Assembly: GCA_950097015.1 (NCBI GenBank)
Contig: CATNEN010000039.1
Location: 186,001-250,000, forward strand
Direction of reading: 5' to 3'
From: Macrostomum hystrix
Lineage: Eukaryota; Animalia; Platyhelminthes
Length of the DNA: 64,000 bases
Both the position numbers and the translations under genes were made by a program. Of the stretch, positions 1 through 9,492 are shown in pieces; the first letter of the stretch is position 1, and every line of letters begins with the position of its first letter. Below the pieces are notes generated by a model. The model searched no databases. It was not told the origin of the DNA and saw only the letters and a list, made by a program, of their open reading frames with translations.

Positions 1-378
1 CCGACTGCTGCAACATCTGCGACCCAGCTGCTTCCTCAGCTGCTCGACTTCATCCGAGAGGAAACCGCTATGCAGACTGCCAAGGCTATGCTACCGATCG
101 TGGAGCCACTGCCTACGGCTACCACCGGTAGCGCGATTCGGACGACACCTGCCGTTATTGTAAAACGCCGCCCGGTCGACACATATGTTGCAGCAAGTTT
201 TTCCGCAGCACCGGAGTTTCTAACACGAAGGCGCCTGCGGCCTGTGGCTTCGGTGAATACGTCACAACCAGATGATGAATTGACAATCGCACAGGTCGAA
301 GCTTCTGACGCCAAGCTGGTGAGAATTGCCATTCTCATCCGAGTTGCCTACTTCATTTTAGGTTTTTCACCGAAATGA
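1..378 (+). mobile_element. Possible 3' tail of an LTR-retrotransposon pol ORF (post-integrase low-complexity region)
   Basis: Ala/Thr/Pro-rich frame open from the window edge with KRRPVDTYVA and TRRRLRPV motifs resembling Gypsy integrase tails. No catalytic motif is visible. Confidence 0.25.
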
Positions 379-3300
379 ATTGCATTTCAAGACAGTCCAT
401 ATGTACGAGTATTATTATGTCCCTATTTGCATACCAGTAATAAACCAGAAGCCAGAAGCTGCAAGCATACGTAAATGTGGTAGGCACACGTTTCTGCATA
501 GTCACGATGTAACCAAGACATGTTTACCTTGGAGAGATGCATTATATTTTAAAACTAGCGAACGGGCGCTTTGGGTAAGCATTTGTTAAATAGATTAGTG
601 GGCAAAGTTGAAAAAAATTGGGACCTGTATTGAGTGTGAAATTAAAACACAGACAACCATTCATAAATATCAGGGAGGCAGCCAGACAAAGAGTTAATCT
701 ACTGAAATGAAGATAAGAACGTGAACGTAAAAAAGTGCAGGGAAGTGCATTAATTTTATTATTGAATAGATAAACAGGATAAAAACCGACTGACAGCGAA
801 AAAAATGAAAATAATATAACGCAAATTCTGGTTATGTTTAGAAAAAGAACGTACTGCAGTGCTTAATGCCGCTCTCTAGAACTGCTCTGCCTATCCATTA
901 AGCCAAAAAATGCAGGTGCAGAATCTAAACGACATGTGGGTCAGAAATCGTGTCTGCTGCAATCTTTCTTCCCATCAGTGTCAGGACTTGAGAAAAGCAT
1001 TTAGTGCTGCAATTCAAAATAATTTACCAGCTATACTGTGATCCCATTGTGGAATCTTGGTCAAGCTCAAAATATCATTAGTGCTCCTCGATCGATTACA
1101 GTGCTATGAGCTTAATTTTATTCTAAATTCAAATAGATTTATGGATCTCCGAATCCATTGAATCAATTAACTGATTTTATCATGGCATGAATGTTGGAAC
1201 CCATTTAACTCTCTTGCAGGTCTCACAAAATCAGTCGCCTCGACTGTCGTCTGTCGTCAAGGGTTCGAATCCCGTTGCGACAGACAGCAACCGAAACTCT
1301 CGTGTGCTGGAGATAGTCAGACGGTTGGAGACCTGAAACCGGACAGTGGATTAGGAAAATAAAGCGAATAAAAACTTTCTTACTCACTCTAAGTATAGTA
1401 AATTTGCTATATTTTTCTACTGCATATTGGTGGCGTTTTGCCACTGATGCCAGCTGCACGATCGCTACTTCTCTTGCTACCAGTTTTCCTGTCGCATATA
1501 TTCTCTACTCAATAGTCCAATTGCGGGTTGAATTAGTGGCTGCACAAATCCTGCTTTATTTTACCGCCTGCCTGTTGTCGCCTGGGCCAAGGGCAGTTGG
1601 CTTTACATTTTGAGAGTTGTTGATTATAAGTGTGCAATAAACAGTTCAGGAATACTGAAAAACTACATCTGCTTGTTTTTGTCTGTACTCACTGGCCTCA
1701 ATTCGTTTCCTCCTTGCTGCGGCTGCTCAAATGCTCAGCGCTTTATTCTCCAGTCATTTTTCTGCTCTGTTACAATCTCTGTTGGTCTAACGAGTTTATT
1801 ATATTTTTATCCTATTTTGTACTTTTTTGTCTTGCGCTATCCGCTCTTTGTTCGTTTGCGTTTGCTACTCTCAAGTAGTGCAATTAAAATTAATTTTTAA
1901 GTGCCGGGTGGCATTCCCTGCTTTTAATCTCAGCTGCTAGTCGAACTAAAATTGATTTAGGATGCTAAAAACTTAAATACAAGTTTTTAAAAGTCATAAG
2001 CACTTCTATCTGCCCTGCTGCAGAGAAAAGATTTCTCTGGTGATCAGTTTTTGCTTAGTGGAAAGTAGTGTCTGGGATGATCAAATGTGTGACAAAGACA
2101 GTCTCGCGGCTTGCCGTAGTAGTTAATTACAATCTGCAATATTCTTAGCAAATGTACCGTTTCGTACGTTTGCTAGACTAAACAATTCAGCCTCAAGAAA
2201 ATCTAATCAAGCAGCTTTCAATTTCTTGTTTTTTGTTTTCGGTTAGTGTTAGAGTTGAGGTCAGTCTTCTCTTTCTGCCGATTAAATTTGACTGATAGGT
2301 GATAGGTGATTGGCTGATGCGGATATAACGATGGGAGTTATATACCATTAAACTCCTCCTTTTTTCTCTTCTACTAGTATGGGTTAGCAGAACCTCGCCG
2401 ACACTGCGGAGATAGGAGCACATCGTAATGCATGTAGATACTAGAGGCCGGCTATCTCTTTGCATTGGGGAGGGGTTAACACAGCTGGGATAGGAGGATA
2501 CGCCGGCCTATCTCTTTGCATTGGCTGAACTTAGCACAGGCCTACACGTTTTCCCCTCCCCACTGAACACTAAAGGAGAAGAGGGTTAGTTCAACTCTGA
2601 CGCACTTGCACTGTGGGGGGATAGGCGGCAATGCAAAATTATAGGAAGGATGGCTGAGCCAATCAGGTTAGAGGGTGTGCGTTCTGCCCCACCTGCACTG
2701 GAGCGCAGGCCAGGTAAGATATTTTATTATTCTGCGGTGATATGGCTGTGACTCGCAAGTGGGAAAGCAGATAACAGTGGAAGATGGTCAGGTGCGCTGC
2801 AGAGAGTGGGCCTCACGCACACGGGCTTTTGGTTTCCTGGGGTGTTTGGGCGAAGCCCCCACATTGTTTACCAACTGAAAAACCCTTTTGTTGGTGAGAT
2901 ATTTTGGAGCGGTCGCAACCTTGGGAAAAGCCAAATATATTGGCGGGCCAGGTTAGAGGAGAGAATTGGATAGCGCTAATGAGTGACTCAGTTCAACTCT
3001 GCCGCACTTGCACTGCGGCGGATGAGCAGCAATGGAAAAATATTGTAAAGATTCTTGATTCTATTGATTCTATTTTAGAAGGGATTTTGCCATTGCTAAA
3101 AATCAATTCTGCGTGCCTAAGCGTGCAAGATAGCCAATTCTGTTGATTGCCATAGACATAATCAATCCTGCACGGTTGAGCGTTCAGGATTGGCAATCAG
3201 AATCAAAGCAGCACTCAGAATCAAATAATAATTTTTTTGATCTGAGCAGAGCTGGTCTATATCTCTTTAAATTGGCGTCGCTTAGCACTGGAGAAAATAA

Positions 3301-3759
3301 AGTGTGCTCAAGAGTCGGACGATGCTCAATATCCCGACTAATTAGGTTTTGTGGGGGAATAAACAAGGTGAGAGAGGGTGCAGCGGTCTTGCGGTTTTAA
3401 ATGTACATTCATGTGAGCCATGTGTTTACGCAACTCCATAGCCAGCACCGGCGCGCTTGCAGATAAGCCTCCGCCCCTGGACAAAGCAGGCGGTGTCTTT
3501 GAACTTCGTATACCTGGGGGTAGCTAAAGGTGTGCTAAAGCAAGAACTATTAGAAATCGCTGCGAAAACAAGCCAATAAAGTTGATCTGCGTGTGCCGGG
3601 ACTGAGACAGCAAACAATGACTGGGAGAATTTCATATAAATAAATGCAATTATTAAATTAAATATCTTACAAGCAAATTATTGAATTCGCGCCTAAATAA
3701 AGCTGGTGAATCTTGAGCAGCAAGCTAACGGGCTAATGCAAAAAGTTAAAGTCTAGAAC

Positions 3760-4356
3760 ATGAAGGCTGCGACAAGGAATGCTACATTTGAAGTCTGCAC
3801 CACCTGCAACAAGTGCGTTCTTGGTGGAATAAAGGCAAAGCAGCACGCAAACTGTTCAACGACAAATTGGTTGGCATGCTGGCAATGCGGCATCGTGCAG
3901 CAACTGGTTGGCAGAGGGACAGCAAACCAATTTTTGAAGACTCATGCCAGCCATGCAATGCTAGCAAGGGGCGATGCGGGCAGCAAGGACTGCCGGCGAA
4001 TGATCATGCACGAGGCGCGAAAGCTGAGACAGAGGCATTCGGCAGCCAGTGGAGCTCTTAGCCAAGTCATCCGGGACGTCATCAGCGGCAGTGCCAACAG
4101 TTCTGGAGAGGAATTTCAACATCAGCCACTAAGGGTTCCTGAAATTCGTGGCAAAAGGATGGAGCTTTACGGCTCCAGTCCTATGCTGATTGAGGAGAGC
4201 TCCTTTAATGGTGAAGATGAGCAGCTTCAGGCTGACACGGCTGGTGGCGCACCGAGGGAAATCCACAACTCCAGCCCCGTGCTGATGGTGTAAGGCTCTG
4301 AATGTGCTGGCGAGCATGTAGATGCTGTCCCTGTCAATGATCTACCTGCTCAACCT
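3760..4356 (+). pseudogene. Degraded Cys/His-rich ORF interrupted by the LINE cluster
   Basis: ORF 3760-4293 has CxxC pairs (CTTC, CWQC) and His residues. The same frame continues past the TAA as GSECAGEHVDAVPVNDLPAQP up to the insertion point at 4356. Confidence 0.35.
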
Positions 4357-4754
4357 TTCTTTCTTTTTTTTTCCACGGCGCGCCCGAGCCGGAGAACCGA
4401 TAAGGGCGGGGGCGCTAGAGTCGCCCCATACTGCGCAGGAGCTCGATGACCGCGGCCGGGTTCTCCATCAAGTTCTCGGCCGGGATTCCGCGTAGGGCAC
4501 GGTGGCGGTCGCCTCTTGGGCAATGGAGGACGACGTGTTCAACACTGTCCACCTCGCTGCAGTCGGGGCACAGTGGGGACTCGTCGACGCCGAGACGGTA
4601 GCGGGTTTTTCTGTCGATCATACTGGCGCCCGCGTGTAGTTGGTTGACCAGGACCTGTTGCTTCCGCGGCAGGCCCTGGGGCGGGCTCCAGAAAGGGCCG
4701 ACTGCTGTGGTATCCAGGTCGCGTCGGCAGCGTCGGGCGGCTGCTCTGGCTCTA
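4357..4754 (-). mobile_element. 3' fragment of an Ingi/I-group non-LTR element (CCHC C-terminus, 3' UTR, A-rich tail)
   Basis: The minus-strand peptide ...NQLHAGASMIDRKTRYRLGVDESPLCPDCSEVDSVEHVVLHCPRG...LLRSMGRL* aligns by eye to the C-terminus of the 4644-9101 ORF. The tail is GTGGAAAAAAAAAGAAAGAA, followed by AGGTTGAGCAGG. Confidence 0.9.
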
Positions 4755-4800
4755 GGAGACGACGTCCACGACGTGCCCCTGGAGAGGACTAACGGTCTCC
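4755..4800 (+). ncRNA. HDV-like ribozyme core (own P1 5' strand missing)
   Basis: P2 GGAGAC/GTCTCC, P3 ACG/CGT, L3 TCCACGA, P1-3' (G)CCCCT, P1.1 GG, J4/2 CTAA. P4 is reduced to AGAGGA. Confidence 0.75.
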
Positions 4801-7800
4801 CCAACCACCGAGTCTGCGCAGACTCCGACATCGATAGTGAACTGATACAAGTGCTGCGTCTCCGTGGAGGCAACGCCAACGACAACCCCAGCGCCAAGCG
4901 TCCAAGGACCCGTCGGTCAGCACGCAAGCGCAGAGGGCGCGACCGGAGGTCTCAAGCAGAGCCGACTCAAGAGCTCCGCGCTCTTCAGTTCAATTCTAAC
5001 GGACTGAAGGCCCGCATGACGGAGCTGAGTCATTGGCTCGCGACACACCGCCCGGCCGTCGCCCTGATCCAGGAGACAAAGCTGGTCAAGGACGAGGATT
5101 TCACCCCTCCCGCGAACTACTGCGTCGCCGCTCGGGTCGACGGGATCCCGTACCTCAACGACGCTGAAAGTGTTAACCAGGATGCCCAGCCGCGTCTGGA
5201 TGGTGCTCAACCACGCGCGGCTGACGACCAGCCGGACACCTCCGACGATACCGGCGGACCGTCGATGCGCGTTGCTGGAAGGCTTGTGGCCAGAACTACG
5301 TGTCGCCTCCGGTTCCCAGACGACCGTAGCAACTGGTGCCGAGGCTGTCGCTCCCGCCGCACCGCTTGCTCCGAGCGGGACAACCCGTTCCCACATGCGC
5401 TAATTCAACCGCCAGACGGGGCCAAGCCCAGTGATGCGTTGGGGCGCAATAGGACGGCGTCGCCCCCGGCCGTTAACACCAAGAAACAAAAAAAGACGAC
5501 CGGCAGGGGCGGAGTCATCACCCTGGTGCGCCTCGACGTTCGGTACAGCAACCTTCCGCCTATCCCACAAGACCAGGACAAACTGGACGCTGCTGCTATC
5601 ACCATCCACCCCGTAGGCCGCGCGCCAGTCCAAATTGTCAACGTTTACGCGCCGCCTGCGAGTGCCCAGCGCCACGACAATTGGACACCGAACCTCGCAC
5701 TCCTCCCAACGAATGACACCACGGTGATCGGAGGGGACTTCAACGGCCATGGCAGCTGGGACGGCTGGGTCGATGAGGACGAGAGGGGCCACTCGATCGA
5801 ACACTGGTGCTCTGCTAACCATCTCCAAATTTGCAATGGTGCCGCACACACCCGCAGCAGCCCAAGCAGCGGCTCCCGCAGCTCCCCGGACCTGACGCTC
5901 GCCAGTGAGCGCCTGGCAGCGAACATCGCCAACGGCTGGAGGACGGAGCGTGATATGGGCAGCGACCACCTGCCAATCACGTTCCCGCTGACACGGTTAC
6001 GCCAATGCCGTGACACCCGCCGCCGTACCCGCTGGAGCTTTCGCAAAGCCCAATGGACCGCCTTCCAGCAGCACCTCGATGAACTCCAGGGCCCGCAAGC
6101 CTGGGGCAGCATCGAGCAGCGACACGCCGCGTTTTGCAGTGACATCCTTGAAGCAGCGGCCCTCGCGATACCCCGCGGCAGTCCTTCGAACCACAGGCCA
6201 CCTTTCTGGAACTCCAACTGCGAAAAAGCCCGAGACAACTGCAACCAGAAGCGGAAAGAAGCCGAAGCCATGCCAAATCCTCAGAGCTTAGCCGACTACA
6301 ACCGGGCCAGACACGAGGCGGGAAACACCATCCGCAAAGAACGCCGCGAATACCTCGAAGACCGGGCACAACACCTCACCGTCGGCAGCGACCTCTTCCA
6401 ATTTCTCCGCGCCACGCGAGGCGACAGGGCACCACAGCGCGGCAAGGTGGACATCGCCCGCACTGCGCCAGATGGGTCGGACCTTCGCCCAGCCCGTACC
6501 GATAAAGAAAAAGCGGACACCTTTTGCCAGCACTATGCCTCCGTCGCCAGAGTGCGCCGCCGCAAGACGGACGCTCCCGTCCGGGATGTCGCTAAGATGG
6601 CCCGCAAGAATCCGGTAACCACTGCTGTCCCCTTCTCCATGGCTGAACTCCACGCTGCCATCCGTCGCCTAAAATCAGGCAAGAGCCCAGGTCCTGACGG
6701 CATCCACAATGAGATGCTCAAGCGGCTCAGCACCCGGTTCGACCAACGTTTACTCGACCTAATCAATGCTACCTGGACTAACAAGCAATGTCCGCGCAGC
6801 TGGCGGCTGGCGACCATCATCCCGATCGCAAAAAAGGGGAAGGACCCGAAGCTTGTGGCCTCCTACAGGCCAGTGGCCCTCACGAGCTGCGTTGCTAAGT
6901 GTGCGGAGCGTATGGTGTTACAACGCCTGCAACATGAACTTGAATCTAAGGGCCTGCTCTCGCCGGCCCAAGCTGGGTTCCGCCGCGGACGTAGCACGGA
7001 GGAACAACTGGCGCGTGTCTGCCAAGACATTTTTGACGGCCTCGAGCGCTCCCCGGCCTTCCGGAGCATCCTCAGCTGCCAGGATTTCAAGAGCGCGTAC
7101 GAATCTGTCTGGAAAGAGGCCCTGACCTACAAGATGGTCCGGCTCGGCATCGATGCCAACACGATCAGCTGGACGGTCGCTTTCCTCGAAGATCGCAGAG
7201 CTACGGTGTGCTGGAACGGCACCATGAGCAGCCAACGCACTTTTCGGGAGGGTCTGCCACAAGGGTCGGTGCTGGCCCCGACCCTCTGGAACATCTTCGT
7301 CAACGATCTTGCCACAGACGTTACCGAGGCATCTCCCAACTGCGGAATAAGCCTGTACGCGGACGATTCGGCGCTCCTGGCCACACAACCATCCCTGCTC
7401 AAGTGTGCCGAGGTTCTCCAACCAGCTCTGGATGCCGTGACCAGCTGGTGCTCCCGCTGGAAGATCGAATTAAGTACCAACAAGTGCTGCTACTGCACGT
7501 TCACCCTTGCTCCGAATGAGGTCAATGGGAAGGTCCGGGTCCCGCTCCAGCTCGGCAATGAGCCTCTCAACTTCGACCCGAATCCCAGGTTCCTTGGCTT
7601 GGTTCTCGACGGCCAACTCAACTTCACGGCCCACGCTGCTGATGTCCGTAAGCGCATGAGCCAACGCCGCCGAGCCCTGGCTAGCCTCGCGAGCAGGAAG
7701 GCCTGTGCCTCCCAGAATGTCCTACGCACTGCCTACCTGGCGACCATCCGTGCCGTCGCCGACCATGGCTGCGGCATCTGGGGAGCGAGCGCCGCGCCGA

Positions 7801-9101
7801 GTACCAAATTGTTAATAGAGCAGCAGCAGAACGCTTGTGCGCGCATCATCACCGGATGCCCGCAGCTCACTCGCTCTACGAACCTCCTAGCCGCAGCGAA
7901 CCTACCGCCTTTTGGACACGTGATCCTTGAGCGCGCCGCACTCCTCCGCGAACGCGTCCTCCGCCTGCCAGACGACGTCCCGGCCCACGACTCCGCAGAG
8001 CGCATCACCCGCAGCAGGCTCCTCAATCGCGCTTTTGAAAGTGCCAATCGTCGCCAGGAACCGACCATCAATCCTCTGCTTCTAAATGACTATCGTCGTC
8101 CGTTCCGAGGTTGCTGGCGTCGCGTGGCTCTTGAGCTCACTGAGGCCGCCCATCTTGAGGCCCTTCCACGCGAGCCATACCCGCAGCCGACCCCCGAGAT
8201 CAACTGCCTGATGGACAATCCACGGATCCACTTCAACCTGGCGCTCACCGCTTTGTGCGCCCGCTATCTCCCGACGAGCATCCGACGCGACCGGGCGCTG
8301 AACTTCCTTGCCGATCTCCAACCGACGGACATCGACGTCTGGACCGACGGCTCCGTCAGGGACGGCACCTCGGATGCCTGGGGCGCCGCCGTTATCAACA
8401 CCCGCAGGTGGGGTACCATTATTGCCGCCCCTGCCGGCCGGGTTGCTTGCTCCTTCCAGGCAGAGATATGCGCGATACGGGCGGCCCTCGATTACATCAG
8501 ACAGCTGACGCTGGACCACGGGACGTCGATCCGCATCCATAGCGACTCGCTGGCGGCGCTGGCAGCCCTTGAGCACGGCCCCTGCGAGCAGCGCTCGGCT
8601 GATGGCAGCCTTTGCTGGGCAACGCTGAGCGCCTTTCAACACAGCTGCGAGTTTGTTTGGGTCCCGGCGCACTGCGACATCCCGGGAAATGAGTTGGCCG
8701 ACCGCTACGCTAATCGCGCCCGTCTGGAACGACAGCAGGACAGGCCCATCTCTTTCCAAGCTGCTAAGGCGGCCCTTCGCCGGGCGAGAGCCGCCCTTGA
8801 CCTCGAGGTGCTGGGGCCGTGCTGGCGCTCCACCCCCAAACACCTCAGCCGTACCGAGACGGTCGCCATCAACCAGCTCAGGGCGGGATGCTCGATGCTG
8901 GCCAATTCCACCCGCCATCGTCTCGGCCTCACTGAGGACCCGCTCTGCCGCGACTGTGGCAACCTCGATACTGAAGAGCACATTCTCTTCGAGTGCCCGC
9001 GCGGCGACGGTACCCGTGTTCGCTACGACAACTGGGACGAGGCCCTGCATTTATACCCTGAACAAGTCCTCGCCCTCCTGCGCAGACTGGGGCGCCTCTG
9101 A
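4755..9101 (+). CDS. APE endonuclease - reverse transcriptase - RNase H - CCHC polyprotein
   Basis: APE motifs QFNSNG, LIQETK, GDFNGH, SPDLT, SDHLPI. RT motifs PGPDG, YRPVALTS, QAGFR, GLPQGSVLAP, YADD. RNase H motifs WTDGS, AEICAI, HSDSLA, WVPAHCDIPGNELAD. C-terminal CRDC..EHILFECP. No stops. The first ~37 codons of the track ORF (from 4644) are antisense of the neighbouring fragment. Confidence 0.95.
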   Translation, partial: GDDVHDVPLERTNGLPNHRVCADSDIDSELIQVLRLRGGNANDNPSAKRPRTRRSARKRRGRDRRSQAEPTQELRALQFNSNGLKARMTELSHWLATHRPAVALIQETKLVKDEDFTPPANYCVAARVDGIPYLNDAESVNQDAQPRLDGAQPRAADDQPDTSDDTGGPSMRVAGRLVARTTCRLRFPDDRSNWCRGCRSRRTACSERDNPFPHALIQPPDGAKPSDALGRNRTASPPAVNTKKQKKTTGRGGVITLVRLDVRYSNLPPIPQDQDKLDAAAITIHPVGRAPVQIVNVYAPPASAQRHDNWTPNLALLPTNDTTVIGGDFNGHGSWDGWVDEDERGHSIEHWCSANHLQICNGAAHTRSSPSSGSRSSPDLTLASERLAANIANGWRTERDMGSDHLPITFPLTRLRQCRDTRRRTRWSFRKAQWTAFQQHLDELQGPQAWGSIEQRHAAFCSDILEAAALAIPRGSPSNHRPPFWNSNCEKARDNCNQKRKEAEAMPNPQSLADYNRARHEAGNTIRKERREYLEDRAQHLTVGSDLFQFLRATRGDRAPQRGKVDIARTAPDGSDLRPARTDKEKADTFCQHYASVARVRRRKTDAPVRDVAKMARKNPVTTAVPFSMAELHAAIRRLKSGKSPGPDGIHNEMLKRLSTRFDQRLLDLINATWTNKQCPRSWRLATIIPIAKKGKDPKLVASYRPVALTSCVAKCAERMVLQRLQHELESKGLLSPAQAGFRRGRSTEEQLARVCQDIFDGLERSPAFRSILSCQDFKSAYESVWKEALTYKMVRLGIDANTISWTVAFLEDRRATVCWNGTMSSQRTFREGLPQGSVLAPTLWNIFVNDLATDVTEASPNCGISLYADDSALLATQPSLLKCAEVLQPALDAVTSWCSRWKIELSTNKCCYCTFTLAPNEVNGKVRVPLQLGNEPLNFDPNPRFLGLVLDGQLNFTAHAADVRKRMSQRRRALASLASRKACASQNVLRTAYLATIRAVADHGCGIWGASAAPSTKLLIEQQQNACARIITGCPQLTRSTNLLAAANLPPFGHVILERAALLRERVLRLPDDVPAHDSAERITRSRLLNRAFESANRRQEPTINPLLLNDYRRPFRGCWRRVALELTEAAHLEALPREPYPQPTPEINCLMDNPRIHFNLALTALCARYLPTSIRRDRALNFLADLQPTDIDVWTDGSVRDGTSDAWGAAVINTRRWGTIIAAPAGRVACSFQAEICAIRAALDYIRQLTLDHGTSIRIHSDSLAALAALEHGPCEQRSADGSLCWATLSAFQHSCEFVWVPAHCDIPGNELADRYANRARLERQQDRPISFQAAKAALRRARAALDLEVLGPCWRSTPKHLSRTETVAINQLRAGCSMLANSTRHRLGLTEDPLCRDCGNLDTEEHILFECPRGDGTRVRYDNWDEALHLYPEQVLALLRRLGRL

Positions 9102-9194
9102 GCGCTCCTCCTCCTCGCTGCCTGTAGCAGCTTTGGGGACGGTGGATTCAGAAGAAGAAGAAGAAGAAGAAGCAGCAGTAGCAGGTTGAGCAGG

Positions 9195-9305
9195 GGGGGA
9201 CCGGGCCGACCCGGTGCGTGAGTATACCATCATACCCACGCGGCAAGTGACTCCCTCCACGAGGGGCCCCTGGACGGCACACCACCGTTGCCGACGAAAT
9301 GTCAC
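9195..9305 (+). ncRNA. Complete HDV-like ribozyme
   Basis: P1 GGGGG/CCCCT with G-U at the predicted cleavage site. J1/2 hairpins CCGGG/CCCGG and GCGTG/CACGC. P2 GTGAC/GTCAC, P3 CCC/GGG, L3 TCCACGA, P1.1 GG, P4 CGGCA/TGCCG, J4/2 CGAA. Confidence 0.8.
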
Positions 9306-9492
9306 ACCCTTCAGGGATACTGCGCAAAACGAGGAGATCGACCAGGACGCGTCCGAGGAGCTGAACCTTGTGATGCGTCTCAGGGGCGGGGACGCCACGG
9401 CTGGTGAGCCGAAAACGTCCAGCCGCCCGAGAAGACAGCACAGAAGGGTTAAGAGACCCGGCCCAGAGCTCCTGGTCCTGCAGCTTAACTGT
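9195..9492 (+). mobile_element. 5' fragment of a related Ingi-like element (element 2)
   Basis: Starts at GGGGG after a 12-bp TSD-like sequence. Contains a ribozyme, then ...EELNLVMRLRGG-basic tract-ELLVLQLNC (first APE motif). Breaks into AT-rich DNA at about 9492. Confidence 0.85.

Larger units (their letters stand above)
4755..9171 (+). mobile_element. Near full-length Ingi-like non-LTR retrotransposon (element 1)
   Basis: HDV-like ribozyme core at the 5' end, a single long ORF, a short structured 3' UTR and a (GAA)n tail at about 9150-9171. Confidence 0.93.

Noticed and set aside
1255-1300. tRNA gene or hammerhead ribozyme
   Set aside because: A T-loop-like motif and GAAAC are present, but there is no cloverleaf, A-box or CUGANGA core.
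4644-4754. TTG start and first ~37 aa of the 1485-aa ORF
   Set aside because: This is antisense read-through of the neighbouring inverted LINE fragment, not part of element 1.
4800-4990. 2A peptide or true ubiquitin domain at the polyprotein N-terminus
   Set aside because: No DxExNPGP motif, and the leader is too short and unlike the ubiquitin fold. Only the tail motif matches.
4917-9050. Many minus-strand and alternate-frame ORFs within the LINE
   Set aside because: GC-rich shadow frames with no motifs.
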